From a virus (Duplodnaviria; Caudoviricetes), in IMG/VR virus record IMGVR_UViG_2706795094_000001, positions 4,017 to 68,016 of that record: a stretch of 64,000 bases of DNA, one strand, 5' to 3'. Below the pieces are notes generated by a model. The model was not told where the DNA came from and made no database searches. It worked only from the letters and a program-made list of their open reading frames with translations. The position numbers and the translations under genes were made by a program. Every line of letters begins with the position of its first letter. Positions within the stretch are counted from its first letter, which is position 1. Shown one piece after another: positions 29,248 through 38,763 of the stretch.

Positions 29248-29637
29248 ATGGCCGTCGGACCTACCGCCTACTTGGTGAACAAGCTGCTCGATCACGCGCT
29301 ACGCGGGGTCGCGTACACACCGCCCTCGGTCATCTACTTCAAGGCGCACACCGGCGACCCCGGCGCGGCGGGCGCGAACAACGCGAGTGCGCAGACTGCA
29401 CGCGTGGCGGTCACGTTCCTCGCCGCCTCGGGCGGCACGGTGCTGCTCACCGGTACGCCAGAGATCACGCTCAACGCAACCGAGACGATCACTCACGGAT
29501 CACTGTGGGACGCCGCCGGGCCAACGGGCGGCAACTGCCTGTGGACTGCGCAGGCCACCGTCAGCAAGGGCGGCGTGTCCGGCGACATCATCCGGCTATC
29601 GGGCTTCCAAGTCGGCTTCACCGGCCTCGCAGCGTAA
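29248..29637 (+). CDS. Small tail fibre-associated protein (129 aa)
   Basis: LHTGDP-like motif (AHTGDPG) and TITHGSLWDA, common in actinophage tail genes. Confidence 0.7.
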   Translation: MAVGPTAYLVNKLLDHALRGVAYTPPSVIYFKAHTGDPGAAGANNASAQTARVAVTFLAASGGTVLLTGTPEITLNATETITHGSLWDAAGPTGGNCLWTAQATVSKGGVSGDIIRLSGFQVGFTGLAA

Positions 29638-29645
29638 GGGAGAAC

Positions 29646-30032
29646 ATGACCGCACCGACACCGACCCCTGACTCACAATGGGCTGTGCAATGGGAGGCGT
29701 TCGCGCCCGAGGACAGCAGTGTGATGCCCGAGCGGCCCATCCTGCCCGAGGCACCCAGGTCCGGCACCGACGAGGACACGCCTGAAAACTGGGCGGCCTA
29801 TCAGGAAGCGTATGGGATCTACGTCGAGGCCATGGCTTCCTACGAGAGTCTGCTTGCAGTGCTGCTCGCCGACGATGCCAACTGGCGCACGATCACCAAC
29901 GGTTTCCCCGACGAGGCGCTCGCGCGGCAGATGGTCGGCGTCATCCGCAGCGCCAATGCGGGCAACCCTCAGACGCGTGATTTCCGTCTCGTGTGGTCCG
30001 CGCCCATCGTCTGGCACATCGCGGACGAGTGA
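29646..30032 (+). CDS. Hypothetical protein (128 aa)
   Basis: AAGGGAG RBS before ATG 29646. Confidence 0.7.
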   Translation: MTAPTPTPDSQWAVQWEAFAPEDSSVMPERPILPEAPRSGTDEDTPENWAAYQEAYGIYVEAMASYESLLAVLLADDANWRTITNGFPDEALARQMVGVIRSANAGNPQTRDFRLVWSAPIVWHIADE

Positions 30033-30679
30033 TGTCGACACCGCGCGTCTGCCTGTCCGAGAACCTCGCCGTCAGCCCCGACGGCAAGCTGAGGCTGCCT
30101 CGGTGGTCGGTCGTGCGCAATGTCGGCGACATCGTCATCGCGTCGGCGGGGGACACCGCCAAGCTGCTCATCAGCGACACGCTGCCCGGTCGGAAGCTCA
30201 TCGAGGGGCGGCTCGCGTGGACCAACGACAGCCCGGTCGAGCAGCAATTGCGCGTCGAGGTTACGCGCCGATACCGGCGGTGGGTCACGTCTAACCCCAA
30301 TGCCATCGAGTTCCGTGACCGTTGGTCGTGGGTCGTGATCCCCGAGGGCGATCCACTCATCGATCCGGCTGAGCCCGATGTGTCGGACACGTTCAACGGC
30401 AAGACCGGAAGCGCCGGGGACATTCAGACCAACACCGTTGCCGAGCCGCTGCCCGGTGTGTTCCGGCACTGGTGGGGCACCACGACCTCGGAAGAGTGGA
30501 TACCGGACGTGCTCGCGCCCGGCGACACGTTCTCGATGTGGTACAGGGCCTACGTGTGGACACCGCCGCCGTGGTCGGACAATGCCAACAAGAACGCGCC
30601 GACGCACGCCGCCGAGGCCGGATACAGCCGGTTGCAGCTCACCGCATACCCGGCTCAGGGCAAGGTGGTCGTGGGATGA
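30032..30679 (+). CDS. Virion protein, paralogue 1 (215 aa)
   Basis: TGATG overlap; WTNDSP motif. Confidence 0.72.
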   Translation: MSTPRVCLSENLAVSPDGKLRLPRWSVVRNVGDIVIASAGDTAKLLISDTLPGRKLIEGRLAWTNDSPVEQQLRVEVTRRYRRWVTSNPNAIEFRDRWSWVVIPEGDPLIDPAEPDVSDTFNGKTGSAGDIQTNTVAEPLPGVFRHWWGTTTSEEWIPDVLAPGDTFSMWYRAYVWTPPPWSDNANKNAPTHAAEAGYSRLQLTAYPAQGKVVVG

Positions 30680-31275
30680 GCCTCAAGCTGTGTACTGGCG
30701 AATACATGCTCAGCACCGTGGCCGGTCTCGGCCCGTCGCGCGGGTGGTTCCCGCGTGTGCTCACCGAGCAGATGCTTGAGTCGACCAAGGACGGCGAGAT
30801 AAAGCTCTCGCCGGACCCCGTCACGATGATCGATGGCGACCTCACGTGGTTCAACAACAGTGATGACCGCGTGCGGGTGTTCGTGCTCGTGCACACCGCT
30901 CCACGCGACATCATCGCGCAGAATCCGTCCACCGTGGTGATCCATGACGCTTGGTCGCACAGGGTGGGCCGGGCACCCTCGGCTGATTTCCCGAGCGCGA
31001 TTCGCAACAGTTTCGGTGGCCGGTTGCAGCTCGACCGCGCCTCGGTGGCCCGCGACGCGGTCAAGTTCGGTCGGTTCTTCCTGACCGGCGACGATCAGCA
31101 GGCGTGGGTCGACCTCGGTATCGTGCGTCCACAGCAGTCTTTTCACTTCCGCTACCGTGCGGCAGTCCAGACACCCGGCACGTGGGTCACACCGAGCGAG
31201 CTTGAGCCGCGCTGGGAGGCGTACGCGCGGTGGACACGGCTCGTCGCGCTCGGCGGACCGGTAGGAGAGTCATGA
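30676..31275 (+). CDS. Virion protein, paralogue 2 (199 aa)
   Basis: ATGA overlap; WFNNSD motif. Confidence 0.72.
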   Translation: MSLKLCTGEYMLSTVAGLGPSRGWFPRVLTEQMLESTKDGEIKLSPDPVTMIDGDLTWFNNSDDRVRVFVLVHTAPRDIIAQNPSTVVIHDAWSHRVGRAPSADFPSAIRNSFGGRLQLDRASVARDAVKFGRFFLTGDDQQAWVDLGIVRPQQSFHFRYRAAVQTPGTWVTPSELEPRWEAYARWTRLVALGGPVGES

Positions 31276-31895
31276 CCTCGCCCGATTGCATCGACCCCGA
31301 TCACTTCCGCGTGACCGCCGACGGCGGGATCGAGCCGCAGCCGTGGATGCAGTGGAGGCACGTGCGCAGCATCGGCGCTGCGGGCAGATCTGGCACGTAC
31401 GCGGTGACCGGCGGCGGCAACAAGAACGTGCTGATTCATGGTCTGCAAGTCAGCTACACCAATGACACCCCTGTGCCTCAGGCGGTCTACGGCAAGATCA
31501 CGCGCGGCGGCTGCCGCGTGGCCCTACAGGCACGCTCGCGGGCCTACCTACAGGTGGCCAGCGGATACCAGAAGCACGCGAGCGACCCCGGCAAGCTTGA
31601 GGTGTCGAGCCGGATGGGCTGTGGTGCCGACATCGGTCGTGGCGGCACCCTCGGCATCGGCACCCAATTCTGCGTCATCGAGCAGCGACAGGGGATGGTG
31701 ACGATACCGCTCGCGCCCGAGCGGGCCGGGTGGCTCACCCTCGGCCCCGGTGAATCGATCACCGCGCGCGTCGAGGTCAAGTTCGTCTCAGAGTTCTGGG
31801 AGAACACCAATATCGACGGCGGTGCGTCGGGATCGACCTCGGGCTACGACTCGGGTGCCACGCAACTCGATCTGTTCGCGGTCCCGGTACTGTAG
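31272..31895 (+). CDS. Virion protein, paralogue 3 (207 aa)
   Basis: ATGA overlap; YTNDTP motif. Confidence 0.72.
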   Translation: MTSPDCIDPDHFRVTADGGIEPQPWMQWRHVRSIGAAGRSGTYAVTGGGNKNVLIHGLQVSYTNDTPVPQAVYGKITRGGCRVALQARSRAYLQVASGYQKHASDPGKLEVSSRMGCGADIGRGGTLGIGTQFCVIEQRQGMVTIPLAPERAGWLTLGPGESITARVEVKFVSEFWENTNIDGGASGSTSGYDSGATQLDLFAVPVL

Positions 31896-31922
31896 GGGTA
31901 ATTCCCCACCTCACTCGGGAGA

Positions 31923-32297
31923 GTGCCAGTGTACGAACCACCGCCCGGCTACGACGATTGCGAGTCGGATGCCGACGATTTCCCCACCCCGGCCAATGCG
32001 GCGTACCGAGAGCTCGATGTCGAGGGTGTCGGCGTCCTGCACGCGCGTAAACCGCTGCCCAACGCTATCCCCGCGCTCGCCGGGGCGGCCAACAGCAAGG
32101 TCAAGCCTGCCGCCCGCCTCGACTACCTCACGGTGTTCATACAGAACCACCTCGCGCCCGGCGAGTACGAAACTCTGCTGGCCAAGATGATGGACCCTGA
32201 GACCGAGCTGCCCGAGGACACGGTGCTACGTGTGAGCCGAGCTATCGCGACGGCGGGCAGTGCCCGCCCTACACGGCGGTCATCAACCTCGCGTTGA
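31923..32297 (+). CDS. Second tail-assembly-chaperone-like protein (124 aa)
   Basis: Aligns by eye to 14839-15402 (FIxxHLxPxxY...MDP...AIxTA). Confidence 0.65.
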   Translation: MPVYEPPPGYDDCESDADDFPTPANAAYRELDVEGVGVLHARKPLPNAIPALAGAANSKVKPAARLDYLTVFIQNHLAPGEYETLLAKMMDPETELPEDTVLRVSRAIATAGSARPTRRSSTSR

Positions 32298-32608
32298 TGG
32301 CCGCGCACAATTGGCGGGCACTGCGGCTCAAGGCTCTGGGCCAAGGCATCACCAACATCATGGCGTGCCCATCGATGCACGTCGTGTTGGATCTCATCGA
32401 GCAGCTCGGTGCCGAGGCGTCGGTGTCTGAGGCCAAGTCGCAGACCGAGGCGCGCAGCGAGCTCACGCGCTACTACGACAAGCTCTATAAGCCCGACATC
32501 ACCGCCAAGGTGATCAACGGTGAGAGCTATTTCCCGCCACCGCCCGGTTTCTCGGACGAGGAAGTCGAGGCATCGTTCGACGCGTTCCTCAGCAACCCGA
32601 TGCGATGA
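32294..32608 (+). CDS. T-like ORF, probably the -1 frameshift extension of 31923-32297
   Basis: Frame is open from 32201; no clear RBS; reads PYTAVINLALM... upstream of the TTG. Confidence 0.6.
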   Translation: MMAAHNWRALRLKALGQGITNIMACPSMHVVLDLIEQLGAEASVSEAKSQTEARSELTRYYDKLYKPDITAKVINGESYFPPPPGFSDEEVEASFDAFLSNPMR

Positions 32609-32647
32609 GCCGGGGAACTTGCCTCCCGTCGCGATACCCTGTGTGCT

Positions 32648-33055
32648 ATGGCCGTCACCGCTGTCCTGTTTGAAACCTCAGGCACCCGAGGTAACCGCCT
32701 CGACCCCGATGTGCGTGACGAGATTGAGGCGCTCGCGCCGGGCCTTGAGACCGGCGAGGTCACGACCGACAAGATCGCCAATGACGCGGTCACGCGCGAG
32801 AAGATCGACGCGGGCGCGGTGGGGTCGGTCGAGCTCGATGACGACGCGGTCAAGGCGCAGCACATCGATGACGGGGCGGTGGGGACACCAGCGCTCGCGG
32901 CAGGCGCGGTCACCTCAGAGAAGACCGGCATCGGTGTGGTCACCGCCGAGGATGCCTCGGGCAACCCCGTCGAGGTCAAGCAGGTCTACATGACCGTGGC
33001 GCAGTACAACGCGCTGGCGACAAAAGACCCGAACACGGATTACTACCTGAGCTGA
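32648..33055 (+). CDS. Short fibre protein with AVTxxKI decapeptide repeats
   Basis: 135 aa; C-terminal QYNALATKDPNTDYY. Confidence 0.75.
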   Translation: MAVTAVLFETSGTRGNRLDPDVRDEIEALAPGLETGEVTTDKIANDAVTREKIDAGAVGSVELDDDAVKAQHIDDGAVGTPALAAGAVTSEKTGIGVVTAEDASGNPVEVKQVYMTVAQYNALATKDPNTDYYLS

Positions 33056-34176
33056 TGGCGACGATCAGGCGCGGTGCAGCGGCACCCTACAAGGCGATCT
33101 ATCACGGCACCACCCCGATCAAGCAAGTCCGGCGCGGTGAGACCCTGCTGTGGTCGCAGGGCAAGATCCGAGACGATTTCACCGACATTCTGGACCGGTG
33201 GCTCAACGAGTTGCTCAGCGGCGACCTCGGGGCGCTGTGCTCCGATGTCACCGGGGTGCTACGGGACGGTCTCGGTAACATCGTCGGTCACACCGTGGCT
33301 TTCGTTGAGGACAACATCAACGGTCTCGGCAAGCTCGTTGCACAGACCGGGCAAGATCTCGCCACCGCCTACTGCGGCGTGTGGGGCGGCACCGCCGCGC
33401 CCAATGGTCTCATCGGACTGATCAACGGCATCCCGATCTTCGGCGGCATCCTCGCCGACTGGCTCAAGGGCGAGCTCGATATCGTCTCGATCATCGGCAG
33501 CATCCCGATCATCGGCGACATCGGGCGACTCATCGGACTGATCCCCGACGCGCTCGGGAACCTCGCCGACCCGATCAACTATGTGGTCGACGCGTTCGGC
33601 GAGGTGATCGGCACGATCACGTGTGGACAGTTCCGGCCCCACGGCGGGGACAACGAGGGAATCTGCTACACCATCGGTGTGCTCGGCGACATCGCCAAGA
33701 TGCTCATTCCCGATGGCCTGCTCACGCTCAACCGGCACACCTCGCGTCTGCGTCATGAGACCTTGCTCGACGGCGATGACGGCTACCTTGAGGTGCAGGT
33801 TGCCGACCTCGGCGCGCCGGACTACCCGACTCAGGTGTTCCGGCGGTACGCGAACAACGGCAGCGGTGCCACCGGCGTCGGCATGCAGTTCATGAACTCT
33901 CAGGTATCGCTCGTGCGGCGCGTCGGCGGCAACAACACGCTCGTGCTGCCTCAGGTGGCCAGCTACTCGCCGGGCGATGTGCTGCGGCTGGAACAGTTCG
34001 GCGACATTCACTCGATCACCAGAAACGGCGAGACCGTGGGCGTGTGGGAGGACAACAGCGCTACTGCGGCCAAGGGCGTCAACAACCGCTCGGTGGCCAT
34101 GATCATGCAGGGCGCTAAAGAGCTCAACACATCGCGCAAGGTCTCGCCGGGTCTGGCCTACCTCGAGGCTGCTTGA
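33055..34176 (+). CDS. Minor tail / receptor-binding protein
   Basis: 373 aa; N-terminal IYHG...QVRRGETLLW; hydrophobic IPIxG repeats; lectin-like C-terminus. Confidence 0.72.
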   Translation: MATIRRGAAAPYKAIYHGTTPIKQVRRGETLLWSQGKIRDDFTDILDRWLNELLSGDLGALCSDVTGVLRDGLGNIVGHTVAFVEDNINGLGKLVAQTGQDLATAYCGVWGGTAAPNGLIGLINGIPIFGGILADWLKGELDIVSIIGSIPIIGDIGRLIGLIPDALGNLADPINYVVDAFGEVIGTITCGQFRPHGGDNEGICYTIGVLGDIAKMLIPDGLLTLNRHTSRLRHETLLDGDDGYLEVQVADLGAPDYPTQVFRRYANNGSGATGVGMQFMNSQVSLVRRVGGNNTLVLPQVASYSPGDVLRLEQFGDIHSITRNGETVGVWEDNSATAAKGVNNRSVAMIMQGAKELNTSRKVSPGLAYLEAA

Positions 34177-34376
34177 TCGAGCACGTAGCTGAACAGCCAC
34201 GGCTCATCGCGCTGCCTCACGTACTTGTGCGGCTGGCTACGGTAGAGGCCCGGTTTCTCGCCGGGCAGCGGGCAGATCGGCGTCCACACGGTGAGCTCGT
34301 GCTGCGTGTCAGGTACGACGCGGCGCTCGCCGTCTAATGGGCCACCGTAGAGCTCGACGCTGCTGGCCCGGTGCAT
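34158..34376 (-). CDS. Hypothetical protein (72 aa)
   Basis: LYGGPLDG motif common in small actinophage proteins. Confidence 0.65.
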   Translation of the reverse strand: MHRASSVELYGGPLDGERRVVPDTQHELTVWTPICPLPGEKPGLYRSQPHKYVRQRDEPWLFSYVLDQAASR

Positions 34377-34377
34377 G

Positions 34378-34671
34378 TCAGTCGAACCAGATCCGCTCAC
34401 GGGTGCGGCGCTCGTGGGTGATTCTCTCGCGGCGGGCACCGACGGGGTAGTGCTGTGCGGGCGGCTGTGGCGGCCTGTAGGCGGTCCGGTCGAGCTGCCC
34501 GAGGTATCGCAGCCGGACGGCAATGCCGATGCACACAGCGCCGACGAGGGCGGTCGACATCGGGTGTGGGTTGTCCGGCAGATAGCTGATGAACAACATG
34601 AACAGTCCCACCGCCCCGGCGGTGGTCACCTTGTCGTGGTGACCACCGTGCGGGGTCCGTTGGACGGTCAC
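34378..34671 (-). CDS. Small 2-TM membrane protein (97 aa)
   Basis: GTGA overlap with upstream HTH gene. Confidence 0.65.
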   Translation of the reverse strand: MTVQRTPHGGHHDKVTTAGAVGLFMLFISYLPDNPHPMSTALVGAVCIGIAVRLRYLGQLDRTAYRPPQPPAQHYPVGARRERITHERRTRERIWFD

Positions 34672-34883
34672 CGCCCGCCCCACCAACCGCGACCGGGCCG
34701 CGTGGCGTGCCACGCGTCGATGGTCTCGGGCAGCCACCCCTTGTGCTTGCCGACCTCGACATCGGGCGGCGGCAACTCGATGCCCGACAGCGATCGAACG
34801 GATTTCATGCCGAGGCGCTTGGCGACCTCGTCTCGACTGAGGTACCGAGGCACCGGGGGTGCCTCGTGGGTCTGATCAGTCAT
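34668..34883 (-). CDS. Helix-turn-helix (AlpA/excisionase-like) DNA-binding protein (71 aa)
   Basis: YLSRDEVAKRLG...PPPD...GWLPETIDAW. Confidence 0.8.
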   Translation of the reverse strand: MTDQTHEAPPVPRYLSRDEVAKRLGMKSVRSLSGIELPPPDVEVGKHKGWLPETIDAWHATRPGRGWWGGR

Positions 34884-35305
34884 CGTGCAAACCTCCCCGT
34901 TGTCTGTTTCCCGACAATGGTAAGCGTGATCGGTGCCTCGGCATCGGTCTCGATTGCGGCGCGTCCGGCAACGAGGCGGTCCCATTCGTCTTGAGGTTCG
35001 CCAGAGTTGCTGACAGCGATGGTAATGCCACCGGATGCAATTGCCTCGGCAATGACCTTATCGACCTGCTCAGCGAACTCATCGCTAAGCGCGTCAAGTT
35101 TGCTGATGAGACCGGGAGGGCATTTATCACGTCCTGTCTCGATGTGCTGATAGTCACGGCGGTCCATGCCGAGCCGGGCGGCAAGGTCACGCTGGCTGAG
35201 GCCGAGGTACATCCTGTGTGCGCGCACGAGCTCGCCGAGGCCCTCGGTGTAGGTCGGCGGGTAGACCTCGACGGGTGCCTCGACGGCGGTCTCGGTGGTG
35301 GTCAT
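34880..35305 (-). CDS. XRE-family HTH protein (141 aa)
   Basis: RMYLGLSQRDLAARLGMDRRDYQHIETG. Confidence 0.82.
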   Translation of the reverse strand: MTTTETAVEAPVEVYPPTYTEGLGELVRAHRMYLGLSQRDLAARLGMDRRDYQHIETGRDKCPPGLISKLDALSDEFAEQVDKVIAEAIASGGITIAVSNSGEPQDEWDRLVAGRAAIETDAEAPITLTIVGKQTTGRFAR

Positions 35306-35407
35306 GTGATGTGTCTCCCTGTGGTTGTTGTGGTGGTGGTGAAACAGTGCGGCGAGCCGATACCGGTGGTGCCGGTACCGGCCCGCCTGAGCGGGCCGGT
35401 CGATCAA

Positions 35408-35968
35408 TTACCAGCCCATCTTCTCTGCGCAGATCGGGCCGATACCGCGCTCGCGGCTCTCGTCGTTGGTCAGGGTCCGACCGCAGACACCGCACTCGCC
35501 GATCTCGTGACCGTAGCGTGCGCTCGCGGCCTCGGCACCGGCCTCGGCGATGCGGCGCAGGATCGTGCCGCCCTGCTTCTGGCTGAGGCGGCGTTCCTCG
35601 TCGCCGACGATCTGCTTGACGAACACGTACCCGGCCCAACGTCCCTCGGTGGGGCGGTCGACCTTGTAGAACGCGGTGCCGTTGATCGCGTGGATCGTGG
35701 TGTCGATGGCGTAGCGACCGGCGGGCACCTCGTCGGCACCGGCGACGATCTCACGCTCGGGCGCGTAACCCTCGGCCTTGAGCCGGTCGATGTTCTCGCT
35801 GACGGTTGCAGCGTCGTTGTGGCGGTCGATCCACTGCGCGATCTTGACGGCGGCCTCGGCGGTGTCGGCACCGGTGGCCTTGGCCTTGGCCATCATCAAT
35901 TTCGTCAGCAGCGCGATAGCGGCGTCAGAGGCGGTGGCGGGGGCGATGGTGTCGAACGGGGTGACCAT
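35408..35968 (-). CDS. DUF6011-like Zn-finger protein (186 aa)
   Basis: C-terminal CGVCGRTLTNDESRERGIGPIC. Confidence 0.75.
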   Translation of the reverse strand: MVTPFDTIAPATASDAAIALLTKLMMAKAKATGADTAEAAVKIAQWIDRHNDAATVSENIDRLKAEGYAPEREIVAGADEVPAGRYAIDTTIHAINGTAFYKVDRPTEGRWAGYVFVKQIVGDEERRLSQKQGGTILRRIAEAGAEAASARYGHEIGECGVCGRTLTNDESRERGIGPICAEKMGW

Positions 35969-36043
35969 GATCTTGAATCCTTCCTCGGCGGGTCGATCCC
36001 GCCTGACAAGAAATAACTTACCCGCCCTTGTCGGATTTGTCAA
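35969..36043 (-). promoter_or_regulatory. Promoter-hairpin-RBS cassette 4
   Basis: TTGACA-17-TAAGTT; GGCGGG/CCCGCC stem; GAGGAAGG. Confidence 0.85.
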
Positions 36044-36075
36044 CACGTTCATCGGGCACGTCTACCGTGGCACGT

Positions 36076-37383
36076 ATGCCGAGGTACATGCCCCTGCGCG
36101 CGGGCACCTACACGCTGTCATCCGGTTTCGGCCCGAGGTGGGGCAGCCAGCATCGTGGCCTCGATTTCGCCGCCAAGGACGGCACACCGATCTACGCGGC
36201 CCAGGGCGGCACCGTGGCCTACATCGGCAGAGCCGACGGTTTCGGGCAATGGATCGTGATCGACCACCCCGCCGCCGACGGTGGCGGCACGACCGTCTAC
36301 GGACACATGTGGGACGCGTTCGCCACCGGACTACGTCAAGGGCAGCGCGTCGAGGCCGGGCAGCTCATCGCCTACGTCGGCACGAACGGTCAATCGACCG
36401 GCCCACATCTGCACTTCGAGGTGCACCCCACCGTGTGGCGGCAGGGGTCGCAGATCGATCCCAAGCCGTGGCTGGCCAACGCGCGCAACCCCGGCGACCC
36501 CGCCCCGGCACCCGCACCACCCAAGGGAGGAACATTGGCCACGCTGACAGATCCGTTCACCGGCGAGCTGTGGTCGCCGAACCGCTACCACCCGCGCGGT
36601 CTCGGCGACCCCAGGTGGATCGTGGTGCACACCCAAGAGGGCGGTCGTACGGCGCGCGACCTCGCGGCCTACCTCGCGCAGAAGTCGAGCCAGGTCTCGT
36701 ATCACGTCGTGGTCGATGACCGCGAGGTGCTCAAGGTCGTCGCCGAGGGCGATGCACCGTGGGCAGCAGCGGGCGCGAACAAGTACGCGTTCCACATCTG
36801 CATGGCTGGTAGCTACGCGTCGTGGTCGCGCAACAAATGGCTCGATGTCGACACGTCCGACGGCAAGAACGAGGACTTGCAGCTCACCAAGACCGCGCAC
36901 GTCATCGCATGGTGGTGCGACAAGTACGGCATCCCGCCGGTATGGATCGGTGGCCGCAACATCCCGCCGTGGGGCCTCGACGGCGTGTGCGGACACGTCG
37001 ACCTCGGCGCGTGGGGCGGTGGCCACACCGACCCCGGCCCCAATTTCCCGCGCGACGAGCTCATGCGACGCGTGAGCCAATTCCTCGCGGGCACCGAGCT
37101 GCCGCCGCTGCCGACACCGCCGCCGGTCACCGTGCCGGGCACCAAGCCCGATCAGTACGGCGATTGGATGCTCTACCGAGGCAACCCGCGCAACGATGCT
37201 GACCGTGTCCGGCGCGTGCAGCGGCGGCTCAAGGCGGCGTATCGGTCCTACGCGGGTCACCTCGAAATCGATGGCGATTTCGGCCCGCTCACCGAGCTCG
37301 CGGTGCGGGAGTTCCAGCGTCGCAGCCTGCTCATCGCCGACGGCATCGTTGGCCCCAACACCGCAGCCGCCCTCAAACCGTAG
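36076..37383 (+). CDS. lysA: Lysin A (M23 peptidase + amidase_2 + PG-binding)
   Basis: HRGLDF and HLHFEV (M23); VVHTQEG, SYHVVVD, GHVD, HTDPG (amidase); DGDFGPLT (PGBD). Confidence 0.92.
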   Translation: MPRYMPLRAGTYTLSSGFGPRWGSQHRGLDFAAKDGTPIYAAQGGTVAYIGRADGFGQWIVIDHPAADGGGTTVYGHMWDAFATGLRQGQRVEAGQLIAYVGTNGQSTGPHLHFEVHPTVWRQGSQIDPKPWLANARNPGDPAPAPAPPKGGTLATLTDPFTGELWSPNRYHPRGLGDPRWIVVHTQEGGRTARDLAAYLAQKSSQVSYHVVVDDREVLKVVAEGDAPWAAAGANKYAFHICMAGSYASWSRNKWLDVDTSDGKNEDLQLTKTAHVIAWWCDKYGIPPVWIGGRNIPPWGLDGVCGHVDLGAWGGGHTDPGPNFPRDELMRRVSQFLAGTELPPLPTPPPVTVPGTKPDQYGDWMLYRGNPRNDADRVRRVQRRLKAAYRSYAGHLEIDGDFGPLTELAVREFQRRSLLIADGIVGPNTAAALKP

Positions 37384-37392
37384 GAGATCCGC

Positions 37393-38748
37393 ATGACACA
37401 GCCCACCGCATGGCAGCCGCCGCAGAATGTCGGCGATGTCGCCGTGACCGTCGCTCAGGCCAAGGCCAAGCTCAAGGTGTTCAGCTACGGCGCGGCGTTC
37501 AAGACCGAAACGTCGAACGTCTACACCGCCGAGTTCGGCACGGCGCTGCGCACGTTCCAGCAGCGGCGTAATGCCGAGATCCACGAGGGCAAGAAACCCG
37601 GCCCCGTGATGAACACCGATGGTGTGCTCGACTGGGCCACCAAGAAACAGCTCGGCATCCTGCCCGAGCAGACCGCCCCGGCACCACCGCCGGTACCGGC
37701 CAACCGGGCGGCGGCGCTGGTGTTCCGAGGCACCGGCGGCATCATCGGTCAGGATTACGTGAGCCAGGTCTGCCAGCAGGTCGGCCCGATGGTCGAGGAA
37801 ATCAACCCCGAGTTCCCCGCCTCGATGGGCGGGCTGCCGCCGGGTGCGCCGAACCTGCCGAGCGCACGCCAGGCCATCGATATCGGCTACCGGTCCGGCG
37901 CGGCGTGGATCAAGGCAAACCCCTCGCGCAAGTTCGTGCTCGGCGGCTACAGCCTCGGTGAGATCGTGGTGGCCAAGCTGCTCACCGCGCTCTTCTCGCC
38001 GGGCGGCGAGCTCGCGGCGTTCCGCGACAACTACGTGTGCTCGTTCCACATCGGCCCACCGGCCCGCCCGCTCGGCGGTGCGTTCTACGGCGGCACCGCC
38101 GCGCCCGGCGTCGGAATCGCGAGCAACAGGCTCGCCACCGACATCTACGCGCAGCTCGGCCCGAGGGCGTGCTATCTGTGCGACCCCGAGGATATGTATG
38201 GGTCGATCCCCGTACCCGTCGAGGGCGGCACCGGCGACATCATGGAGACCGTCTACGACATGGTCACGACGCTGGCCCTCAACGACTTCCTGAACACGGC
38301 GGCGGCCATGCTGCCGCACATTCTGGAGATCGCACAGGACGCGGGCATTTTCGGGCTGCTCGGCCTCGGCGGCGTCGGACCGGCGACCGGCGGCGGCGGT
38401 CTGCTCGGGGGTCTTCTCGGCGGCGGCCTCGGGGGACTGCTCGGCGGCGGCATGGCCAACCCGGCGGCGCTGCTGGCCAACCCGCTTGCGGCCATCCCGC
38501 TGCTACTTCCGTTGTTCACCTCGGCGCTGCCCGGTCTCATCGCAGGCGTCGGCGGGCCGGGCACCGGCGGTGCGCTCACTGGACCAGCGGCAGCGGCTCA
38601 GGCGGCCATCCTCGGAATGAAATTCCTGTTCGCTGGCACACGCCCGCACATCGAGTACCACATCCGCGAGGTATGGCCCGGTCAGACCTATATCGGTCTC
38701 GCCGTGCAGCACGTCCGAGATTGGGTAGGGCGAGAGCTGCCCGCATAG
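37393..38748 (+). CDS. lysB: Lysin B (PG-binding + cutinase-like esterase)
   Basis: GYSLG nucleophile motif; N-terminal PGBD; follows lysin A. Confidence 0.88.
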   Translation: MTQPTAWQPPQNVGDVAVTVAQAKAKLKVFSYGAAFKTETSNVYTAEFGTALRTFQQRRNAEIHEGKKPGPVMNTDGVLDWATKKQLGILPEQTAPAPPPVPANRAAALVFRGTGGIIGQDYVSQVCQQVGPMVEEINPEFPASMGGLPPGAPNLPSARQAIDIGYRSGAAWIKANPSRKFVLGGYSLGEIVVAKLLTALFSPGGELAAFRDNYVCSFHIGPPARPLGGAFYGGTAAPGVGIASNRLATDIYAQLGPRACYLCDPEDMYGSIPVPVEGGTGDIMETVYDMVTTLALNDFLNTAAAMLPHILEIAQDAGIFGLLGLGGVGPATGGGGLLGGLLGGGLGGLLGGGMANPAALLANPLAAIPLLLPLFTSALPGLIAGVGGPGTGGALTGPAAAAQAAILGMKFLFAGTRPHIEYHIREVWPGQTYIGLAVQHVRDWVGRELPA

Positions 38749-38763
38749 CGGTATAGTGTGCGC

